DNA of 24,000 bases from Gammaproteobacteria bacterium (lineage in GTDB: Bacteria > Pseudomonadota > Gammaproteobacteria > Steroidobacterales > Steroidobacteraceae): contig DAHXNE010000037.1 in NCBI GenBank assembly GCA_027366635.1, positions 24,207-48,206 of the forward strand, in the 5' to 3' direction. Below are positions 1 through 7,045 of this stretch, piece after piece (the stretch's first letter is position 1; each line of letters starts with the position of its first letter). A model generated the notes under the pieces. That model was given only the letters and a program-made list of their open reading frames with translations, was not told the DNA's origin and did not search any database. The translations under genes were made by a program, and so were the position numbers.

Positions 1-934
1 GGCGGAACTGCTTGTCGCGGGTCATGCAGTGGCGCCAGAACTTATCGATGCGCTTGCTGTTGGTGAGGTAGTTCCAGGGGCCGTAGCTCGGCTGCCACTC
101 CTTCTCCGCGCACATCATCGGCTCCTCGTGCGAGGTGCCCATGATGATGCCGTATTTATTGGCCAAAATCGGATTCTGCGGGTCATCGACCGCGAAGGCG
201 CTGTTCCACATCGCCGGCCACAGATAGTTGGCGCGCATACGCAGCAGCAGATCGAACACTCTGACATAGAAGTGATGGTTGTAGAGCCCATAGCGCTTGT
301 CGACCCAGTCGGTGAGCGACGGCGCCTCGTCGTTGATGAAGATGCCGCGGTACTTCACGGCCGGCGGGCCCACGACCCAGCGGCCGGGCGCGGCATACAG
401 CACCGCGTGGTGCTTGGGCGGAACATCGGCCCACCAGTACAACGGCGAAACACCGATGTCGTCGGACAGATCGTAGATGCCGTAGATGGTGCCGAGCTCG
501 TCGCTGCCGGCGATGACCAGCGCGCGCCGAATGCCGGGCGCGGGGTTGTCGACCACTTGGGTCACGGTGGCTTCCCACTGGCCCCGAATGGCGCGGACGT
601 CGAGCTTGTGCTCGCGAGCGAGCCGGTCCACCACGCGGCTTTTCCCGAGAGTACCGATGATGACGACGTCTCCGGACGGGGGAGTGGCGGCGTCGATTAA
701 TTGCGGTGTGACGCCGGTGACGCGGTCGATATCCCGCTGCAGGCAGTGCGCGGCGTGGATGACGCCCCACCAATCATGCGGATCTACGTAGAGTTTCGCG
801 GTGGCGCCGTTTCGCGCCAGCCTGAACCCGCCCGACACCGGGACGTACTGGATATATCGCGGCTGGCCGACGGCGTAGCTGGTCGTCGGGAAGGCGGCGA
901 AGGCCAACAGCACGAGAGCTGCCGCAACGCCATG
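1..934 (-). CDS. Glycoside hydrolase family 115-like protein, N-terminal ~311 codons; gene continues past the left edge
   Basis: Absent from the ORF track because it is edge-truncated. Hand translation of the minus strand from ATG 934-932 gives MALRQLSCCWPFAAFPTTSYAVGQPRYIQYVPVSGGFRLARNGATAKLYVDPHDWWGVIHAA...DVVIIGTLGKSRVVDRLA...IRGQWEATV...VKYRGIFINDEAPSLTDWV...DPQNPILANKYGIIMGTSHEEPMMCAEKEWQPSYGPWNYLTNSKRIDKFWRHCMTRDKQFR. The hydrophobic N-terminus is signal-peptide-like. The YRGIFxNDE and GTSHxEPM blocks match my memory of GH115. Confidence 0.55.
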
Positions 935-1104
935 GGAGAATGCCGCGGGCGAGGCGGCCGAACGTCGCGATGGCTTTGACAGGAGGGTTGCCGGGGGCGC
1001 AGGTTCGCCACGGCGATCGCGCCGCTTGCGATTATTTAGCGCGTAAGTCATTGACCGAAAAAATGTTCCGAGCGGTCCGGCGGCGAGGCGTCGTCCGGCC
1101 GCAC

Positions 1105-1314
1105 TCAGAACACGAATTCGATCATGCCTTCGTCCATGGCCTGGATGATCGCCGCTGCCATGTGGGGGCAATATCCCTGCTGGCGCAGGCGAAGCCGTTC
1201 CTGGAAGTATTCGCATTTACAGACCCACAGGCGGTCGTTGCCCATCTGGTAACAGGCAACTTCCTGTCCTTCGATATTGAACCGGAAGATCTTATCAGTC
1301 TCGGTTGAAGTCAT
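1105..1314 (-). CDS. Stand-alone SWIM-type zinc-finger mini-protein (69 aa)
   Basis: Track ORF. It has the CxC-x14-CxH pattern (VCKCEYFQERLRLRQQGYCPHM). Amino-acid composition is balanced, unlike the neighbouring spurious ORFs. GC and third-position GC are locally lower than in flanking genes. Confidence 0.6.
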   Translation of the reverse strand: MTSTETDKIFRFNIEGQEVACYQMGNDRLWVCKCEYFQERLRLRQQGYCPHMAAAIIQAMDEGMIEFVF

Positions 1315-1625
1315 GGCTCTGTGCCGCCTTTTGCCATGGAATCGGTCGGGTGAGCAGAGTATCCCGCGTCCGCCGCGTCGGAGGGGCTGTCGCGTGCTTC
1401 AAATCCCCTCTGGCACGTCGCAACCGGCAGGACGACGTACTATCTTAAACCCGGGTCGGCGGCTGTGGCGCGGGAATTGTTCCGTCCGACCGCAGCACTG
1501 GGGCGCAATGACCTGGGGCAGGCCCGCGCGCGGCGCGATGTGGGGGCCGGGCGCGCCGCACCGCGGACAGATCCGCCAAGTCACGATCACGGTCACGATT
1601 GCTCTGGGAGATGGCGCGGTCGGCT

Positions 1626-3383
1626 TCATGCGGTGGCCGTGCCCTGAAGCTGTGCGCGCCATGACGCGGCGTAGGCGCCGTTGTGCCGCAGCAGGCTGGC
1701 ATGCGTCCCGCGCTCGACGATGCGCCCAGCGTCGAGTACCACAATCTCGTCGGCGTGCACGACGGTCGAGAGCCGGTGCGCGATCATCAAAGTAGAGCGG
1801 CGCTCGGAAATCTCGCGCAGGCGCGCCACGATGTCCTGCTCGGTCCGGCTGTCGAGCGAGGCGGTGGCTTCATCGAAGACATAGAGGATCGGGGACGTCA
1901 GAACCGCCCGGGCGATCGCGACGCGCTGGCGCTCGCCGCCGGAGAGCTTCACGCCCCGCTCGCCGACCTGGGTATCGTAGCCGTCCGGGAGGCTCATGAT
2001 GAACTCGTGAAGGTGGGCGATGCGGGCGGCTCGCTGGACATCCGCGAGGGTCGCTCCGGTGCGGCCGAATGCGATGTTGTAAGCCAACGAGTCGCTGAAC
2101 AGCACGGTGTCCTGAGGGACCACGGCGATGGCTCGGCGCAATTGCAGCAGCGACAGCTGGGATATCGGCACGTCATCGAGCAGGATGAGTCCTCCGTCCG
2201 GCTCGATCAGGCGGGTCAGAAGCCGCACGAGGGTCGATTTTCCCGATCCGCTCGAGCCCACGACCGCCAGTGTGCGCCGCGCCTCGATCCTGAAGCTGAT
2301 GTCTCGGAGTACGGGGCGGCCGCGGCGATACGTCAGGCTGACTTGGTCGAACGCCAGCGCGCCCGGTCCGGTGGGGGCTCCCGCCGGGCTCCGGGCGGCC
2401 GGTTCGGGCGTCTCGCGAAACAGCCCAAGCATAGTCTCGAGCATGGCCATGCCCTGGGAGAAACCCTGCGCGGCGTAGCCGAGCGTCTCGACGGGCCGCA
2501 GCAGCTGCAGCATGTAGGCGTTGACCAGGACGAAGTCGCCAAGGGTCATGCGGCCGGTGCGCACATCGACGGTCGCGTACCCGGTGGTGGCGGCGAGAAA
2601 CGCCGCGAAGATGCTCGCCACGAGCAAGCCGTTACCGGCAAACCGGCGATAGAACGCGACCCATGCGTGCTCGCTGCGCGCCAGCGCCTGTCCGACCCGC
2701 TCCTGCAGCGCCGATTCGGCCGCGAAGTATTTCACGGTCTCGTAGTTGAGCAGACCATCGGTGAGGGCTGCGCTGGCGTGCACGCGGGCGGCGGACGCCA
2801 CGCGCGCAGTCGCACCCAGAGTCGCCGCCGAGTAGCCGAACACCGCCGCATAACATAACAACGCGCCGCAGAACAGGGCGAGGAACACCGGGGGGGCCAT
2901 GCGCCACAGGACCACGATGACCGTTGCCAGCTCCACGGTGACTGGCAGGACCGTGAACACCAGGTGGTGCAGGATCATCTGCAGGCCTTCCAGGCCGTTG
3001 GTGAGCGTCTCGTTGACCGCGCCGGTCTGGCGGTCCAGATGGAAGCGCAGCGGCAGGTGCAGCAGATGCGCGAACAGCCGCTCGCTGAGGGTGCGAAACA
3101 TCCGCCGCTCGATGCGCCCGTACACCATCCCGCGCAATTCCCCGGCCGCCCGGGCGAGCCACTGGCTGAGCGCGTACAGGGCGACCAGCAGGAGCGCCGG
3201 CTCAGATGCCCTGCCGCTGAAGCCGTCGACGATGAGTTTCAGGGCGATGGGGCCGAGGGCCGTCAGCACGGCGGCGCAGATCACCAGCACCAGGACCAGG
3301 GCGAGCCTGCGGCGTACGAACGGCGTGGCTTCCCGATAGAGGATATCGAGCACCTGCGCAAGCCGGGTACCGTTCCCGGACAT
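1626..3383 (-). CDS. ABCB-type half transporter (fused permease + ATPase), Atm1/MsbA-like exporter, 585 aa
   Basis: N-terminal ~300 aa are hydrophobic TM helices. It has Walker A GSSGSGKST, signature LSGGERQRVAIARA, Walker B ILYVFDEATASLD and the H-loop IAHRLST. The ATG at 3383-3381 directly abuts the TAG of the upstream gene (3386-3384). Confidence 0.9.
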   Translation of the reverse strand: MSGNGTRLAQVLDILYREATPFVRRRLALVLVLVICAAVLTALGPIALKLIVDGFSGRASEPALLLVALYALSQWLARAAGELRGMVYGRIERRMFRTLSERLFAHLLHLPLRFHLDRQTGAVNETLTNGLEGLQMILHHLVFTVLPVTVELATVIVVLWRMAPPVFLALFCGALLCYAAVFGYSAATLGATARVASAARVHASAALTDGLLNYETVKYFAAESALQERVGQALARSEHAWVAFYRRFAGNGLLVASIFAAFLAATTGYATVDVRTGRMTLGDFVLVNAYMLQLLRPVETLGYAAQGFSQGMAMLETMLGLFRETPEPAARSPAGAPTGPGALAFDQVSLTYRRGRPVLRDISFRIEARRTLAVVGSSGSGKSTLVRLLTRLIEPDGGLILLDDVPISQLSLLQLRRAIAVVPQDTVLFSDSLAYNIAFGRTGATLADVQRAARIAHLHEFIMSLPDGYDTQVGERGVKLSGGERQRVAIARAVLTSPILYVFDEATASLDSRTEQDIVARLREISERRSTLMIAHRLSTVVHADEIVVLDAGRIVERGTHASLLRHNGAYAASWRAQLQGTATA

Positions 3384-4397
3384 CTACAGCGGCCCGTAGG
3401 CCGGACTCGGCCGCGATGCGCGCGGCTCGGGCTCGGGCGCCGATGTGGGCAGATCCGGGAACAATTCGCCGGTGGTGAGCGCGAAGTATTGTGGTTGCGT
3501 GCGCCGGTGCCGGTCGATCAGCGCGCGCAGGTCCGAACTCGTGACGCCGAACCATCGGCCCACTGTTCCGATCCGCGCCGTCCCGGTTCGCATGGCATAC
3601 CAGGCCACCAGCGCGCGGGCGAGTGCGCCCCGGTGGGTCGGGGCGCAGGCGACGCGGGGCTCGGCATGCAGCACCGTCCACATCACTGCCCGCAGCAGTT
3701 CTTCGGGAGACGGCGCCGGCACGGGCGTGCGGCACCGGCTGCGCGCCGTCTGCCGGAAGGTGCGCTCTCCGATGACGGGCCGCGCGAGCAGGTCCGCGAT
3801 GGCGGGACTGTCGGTGCCTGCCATGAACTCGAAATAGGCGCCGGGACCGACATGACCTAGAGCCTCCAGGGCCGCGCGCAGCGCGCTCAGGACGAAGCGC
3901 GCCGGCGGCGCTCGTCTGCCGCAGTGGATCAGGCTGGAGCTGAACGGATGAGTGCCGGCGCGGCGCCGTGCGCCGGGTGTTTCCCGTCGTTGCACGTAGC
4001 GCACCGCGTAAGGGAGCTTCGCCGGCTGCAGGAGCTGTGCCTTGTACCGGCGCGGAAAGAGCTTCTCGGGCCGCGCTGAGCGAATGTCCTGCCTGAGGTG
4101 GCGCGCATAGCGCGACAGCAGGTCGTGCATCAGCCAGGACAGCGGCGCGCCGCCGCTCTGCAGCACGATCAGCGCGGCGTTCGGCTCCGTGACATAGGCG
4201 TGAACCCAGGCGTCGTATTGCTCGCACAGGTCCCACAGCAAACGCTCGAAGACCTCGACGTGCGGCGCGTGGGCGCGCGGATTCTGCGGGAACCGCCGGA
4301 ACAGGTCCGGGGCATAGAACACGTGGCCGCCGGGCGGGCCGCCGGCGCTCACCAGGTGCAGAGCGCCCGGGAATTCACAGCGCCTGGGGCGTGCCAT
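3384..4397 (-). CDS. Y1 (IS200/REP-associated, COG1943-like) transposase-fold protein lacking the HUH histidines, with a C-terminal DnaA-domain-IV-like HTH; probable domesticated DNA-binding protein
   Basis: The opening MARPRRCEFPGALHLVSAGG resembles the ARxPRIxxPGxxYHVxxRG opening of RayT-like proteins. The position of the NHxHLL (HUH) motif reads EPNAALIVL. An RY(I/V) segment is retained (AVRYVQRRE...HPFSSS). The C-terminus ALARALVAWYAMRTGTARIGTVGRWFGVTSSDLRALIDRHRR is HTH-like. Confidence 0.6.
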   Translation of the reverse strand: MARPRRCEFPGALHLVSAGGPPGGHVFYAPDLFRRFPQNPRAHAPHVEVFERLLWDLCEQYDAWVHAYVTEPNAALIVLQSGGAPLSWLMHDLLSRYARHLRQDIRSARPEKLFPRRYKAQLLQPAKLPYAVRYVQRRETPGARRRAGTHPFSSSLIHCGRRAPPARFVLSALRAALEALGHVGPGAYFEFMAGTDSPAIADLLARPVIGERTFRQTARSRCRTPVPAPSPEELLRAVMWTVLHAEPRVACAPTHRGALARALVAWYAMRTGTARIGTVGRWFGVTSSDLRALIDRHRRTQPQYFALTTGELFPDLPTSAPEPEPRASRPSPAYGPL

Positions 4398-4425
4398 GGT
4401 GTGCTCTGCGAGGCCTGCGCGCGCA

Positions 4426-5292
4426 TCAGCGCGCGCGCGCGGCGTACTCGCCGCAGTCGCGGCCGGTCAGGACCGCGACCACGGCCTGGGTGAGGGCCTG
4501 TTCGAGGCGCTCGTCGAGCCGCGCGTTGGGGATTCTCAGCACCACGTCCCGGCGTTGCCGCTCGATGCGCAACAGCGGCTCGCCCGCCGGGCCTTTCACC
4601 ACGCGGCTCGTGCTTCGCCGAGCGCCGCGCCCGGCGGCGCCGCGCTCGGCGAGCAGCAGCTCATAGACCGACACCGCCGGCGGGCGTGGCATGCGCTGCT
4701 GCACGGCCCGGGCCCGCTCGGCGAGCATACGACGCCGATCGTCACTCCAGGCCTTGTGCAGCTCGACGGCCCACGATTCCAGGATGTCGTGCGGCGTGGC
4801 GAATGCGCCGAGGATGACCGCCGGCAGCTCGGCGAATTTCAACAGCCGGCTAACCTGCGTGGGGGTGATGGCGAGCTCGCGCGCCATCTCTTCCTGGGAG
4901 CCGAACAGATTCCGGCGCAGCAGCTTCGCCAGCCACAAGCCGCGCTCGTAGGCGCTGGCCTGCTTGCGCAGAGTGTTCTCGGCTTCGACGGCCACGGCCG
5001 CTTGCCGGTCCGTGAGTTCGCGGATCTCGACTTGCAGCGCAACCTTCAGCTGCCGGGCGACGAACAGCCGGCGCGTGCCGCAGATCACCTCGATATCGAA
5101 GTCCGGGTCGCCGACGAGCATCCGGCCGATCACCGGAATAATCTGGCCGTCGCGAGCGAAGCTGTCGATTTCGGCCCGGCACGACGCCTCGGTCACGTCA
5201 TCTTCGATCCGCTCATTGAGCGTCCAGATGCGGCAGCGGAATGGATCGGCGGTCACGAGCGGTCCGCAGTCGCGGGCGGGGCGCGCGCTCAC
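4426..5292 (-). CDS. ParB/Srx N-terminal-domain protein with central HTH (ParB-like, no ParA partner)
   Basis: It has DGQIIPVIGR...EVICGTRRLFVARQL (GxRR arginine patch) and ELTDRQAAVAVEAENTLRKQASAYERG. The HTH-like segment is SQEEMARELAITPTQVSRLLKFAELP. The GTG start at 5292 overlaps the upstream TGA (GTGA, 5289-5292). Confidence 0.75.
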   Translation of the reverse strand: MSARPARDCGPLVTADPFRCRIWTLNERIEDDVTEASCRAEIDSFARDGQIIPVIGRMLVGDPDFDIEVICGTRRLFVARQLKVALQVEIRELTDRQAAVAVEAENTLRKQASAYERGLWLAKLLRRNLFGSQEEMARELAITPTQVSRLLKFAELPAVILGAFATPHDILESWAVELHKAWSDDRRRMLAERARAVQQRMPRPPAVSVYELLLAERGAAGRGARRSTSRVVKGPAGEPLLRIERQRRDVVLRIPNARLDERLEQALTQAVVAVLTGRDCGEYAARAR

Positions 5293-6212
5293 GGGGCTTC
5301 TCGGTCGGCCCGCGGCTCGTGGGCGTAGAACTCGCGCAGCTCGCGCTCGCTGCTCTCGGGTATGGCATCGACGGCGGGCAGGGTATGCGAGGCGGTTCGG
5401 AACAGCACCGCCGGATCCTGCCCTTCGTATCCGCCCAGGTTGGGACGATGAATGCGATAGCCGAGCAGGTCGCGCAGCGCGGGCGGGAACTGCCGGGCGA
5501 CGGCCGGCGGATAGGACAGGAAGGCGTTCTCGTACTGCTTCAGCCAGCCCAGGCAGTAGCTCAGGATCAACCCGGTCCGGGGCCGGTCACTGCGATTGGC
5601 GCCCGCGCAGTGCGTCAGGGAGCCGAGGTACACCAGCGCTGAGCCGCGCGGCATGGCGGCGACCGTGGCCTGCGCCAGATCGAGCTCGCGCGACAGGCGG
5701 GCGAACTGGCTGCGGGGCCAGAGCAGAGTGGCACCGTTGTCGGCGGTGAAATCCGACAGTGCCCACATGACATTGACCAGGTACTCGATGCCGCCCTTTG
5801 GGCACGGCCACATCTCCTCATCCCGATGCGGCACCTGCTGCCGCTCGCCGGGGTGCAGGCGCACCGCCTGGGTCAGGTTGAGTTGATACCAGTCGCAGTG
5901 CGGACCGAGCACCGCGTCGAGCAGGCTCAGCATCAGCGGATGCAAGATCAGCGCCTGGGAGGCCGGCGATTTCAGCGGCACGGAACCGAATCGGGTGGTG
6001 TTCCAGCCGTAGAAGTCGCCCCGGCAGCGCGGGGTCGCCGTGAACCATGGATCGAGCTGCGCATTCAACTGGTTGACGCTCTCATCGGGCAGCAGCCGGT
6101 CGAAGATGACGTAGCCGTTGGCGCGTAGCAGGTCGAGCGGCGTCGGGGATTGATGGACCCGGGCCGCCGCGTGCGGCGCGTTCCCGCTAATCGACGCGAA
6201 CGGCTCAGTCAT
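5289..6212 (-). CDS. Phytanoyl-CoA dioxygenase (PhyH) family Fe(II)/2-oxoglutarate-dependent oxygenase, 307 aa
   Basis: This is the C-terminal part of the 770-aa track ORF. A plausible start is the ATG at 6212 (MTEPFASISG...), which overlaps the luxI stop as ATGA. The HxD facial-triad motif is QQVPHRDEE and the distal His is in GSLTHCAGANRS. The overall pattern is typical of PhyH. Confidence 0.8.
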   Translation of the reverse strand: MTEPFASISGNAPHAAARVHQSPTPLDLLRANGYVIFDRLLPDESVNQLNAQLDPWFTATPRCRGDFYGWNTTRFGSVPLKSPASQALILHPLMLSLLDAVLGPHCDWYQLNLTQAVRLHPGERQQVPHRDEEMWPCPKGGIEYLVNVMWALSDFTADNGATLLWPRSQFARLSRELDLAQATVAAMPRGSALVYLGSLTHCAGANRSDRPRTGLILSYCLGWLKQYENAFLSYPPAVARQFPPALRDLLGYRIHRPNLGGYEGQDPAVLFRTASHTLPAVDAIPESSERELREFYAHEPRADREAP

Positions 6213-6877
6213 GGCCGTGCTCCTCCAGTGGCTGAGGGGAGCGCGGCGTGCGCCGGCGGCGGCAGGGGGGCGAGGGCCGGCAGGCGCGTGGCGGGGATCG
6301 GTATGCCGTGCTCCCGGCGCACGGCGCGCAGCCCCGCAGGCGTGATGCTCGCGGCGGCGGCCGCAACCTCCTCGGCACCGCAGCCGAGGCGGGGGCCCAG
6401 GGCTCGCGCCTCCCAACCGCAGTGCAGCAGGAGGCGCAGCAGAGCGCGGTTCACCGCGAAGACCACCACCTCGATGCCGTACAGCAGAGCGGTCTCGAGC
6501 ACGCCGCACACCATTTCCCAGATCAGCCGGTGCGGGCGGCCGCCGTGCAGACCGGGCGCCACGCACAAGCGCGACACCTCCCAGACTGTCGGGCCGCGCG
6601 GAATCGCCGCCAGGCATGCGGCCGGGAACAGCTCGCTCATCAGGTGCGGTCGGTCCGTCGGCAGCAGCCGCACCGAGGCGAGCACCGGGCCGGTGAGCTG
6701 GTCTTTGGCGAGCAAATAGACCGTATCGTCGCGGTCGTAGCGGTCGATCTCCCAAACCCCAGTCACGGGAACGTTCCAGCCGGCGCGGTCGACGAATATG
6801 ACTTTGCGCTGGCGATGCATGGTCGCCAGGTCGGCGGCGAACCCTGAGCGGTTCTCGGCGTTGACAAGAAAGATCAT
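6209..6877 (-). CDS. luxI: Acyl-homoserine-lactone synthase, LuxI family (222 aa)
   Basis: It has MHRQRKVIFVDRAGWNVPVTGVWEIDRYDRDDTVYLL...ASVRLLPTDRPHLMSELFP...VWEVSRLCV, the canonical LuxI block order (RxxVF..xxGW, E.D.YD, RLLPT, WE.SR). GGAGG lies 5 nt upstream of the ATG. Confidence 0.9.
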   Translation of the reverse strand: MIFLVNAENRSGFAADLATMHRQRKVIFVDRAGWNVPVTGVWEIDRYDRDDTVYLLAKDQLTGPVLASVRLLPTDRPHLMSELFPAACLAAIPRGPTVWEVSRLCVAPGLHGGRPHRLIWEMVCGVLETALLYGIEVVVFAVNRALLRLLLHCGWEARALGPRLGCGAEEVAAAAASITPAGLRAVRREHGIPIPATRLPALAPLPPPAHAALPSATGGARP

Positions 6878-6937
6878 TGCACCCTCCGGGCTTTCCTACC
6901 GTGGAGCAACCCTGCCGGATGTAGGGGCCGATGAGGA

Positions 6938-6953
6938 TCCTCTGATCAGAGGA
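6938..6953. promoter_or_regulatory. Perfect 16-bp palindrome TCCTCTGATCAGAGGA in the luxR-luxI intergenic region; candidate non-canonical lux-box operator
   Basis: Read directly from the sequence. It lies 61-76 bp upstream of the luxI ATG (6877) and 93 bp downstream of the luxR stop. A palindrome with dyad symmetry is expected for a LuxR-dimer site, but the CTG/CAG half-sites are adjacent to the dyad rather than spaced as in the classical 20-bp lux box. Confidence 0.4.
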
Positions 6954-7045
6954 GGGCACGGCCGGCTGGGCGACCGTCCGTCGGCACGGTTGTTGCATCC
7001 GCCGCGGGCCCGGACTGGCCGCGACCGCGAGGTGCTCGCCTGTGC

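Noticed and set aside
935-1051. Alternative upstream ATG (1051) for the GH115-like gene
   Set aside because: The 39-codon extension (MTYALNNRKRRDRRGEPAPP...) is highly basic and not signal-peptide-like. The ATG at 934 gives a hydrophobic N-terminus ending in SYA.
1040-1104. Possible intrinsic terminator after the SWIM gene (T6 run on the minus strand at about 1056-1062)
   Set aside because: I could only pair a 5-bp stem (GACCG/CGGTC), and the T-run falls inside the loop rather than after the stem. It is not a convincing terminator.
1580-1599. Direct repeat GTCACGAT-CACG-GTCACGAT just downstream of the ABC exporter stop
   Set aside because: It is very short (8 bp, two copies), there is no second occurrence elsewhere that I could see, and chance occurrence is plausible. 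No function can be supported.
2964-5328. Long ORFs antisense or off-frame to the ABC, Y1-like and ParB-like genes (2964-3860 +, 3202-4236 -, 4396-5328 +, 4964-5749 +)
   Set aside because: Their composition is dominated by R/A/P/G, they have no recognisable motifs, and each is fully overlapped by a gene with clear family signatures.
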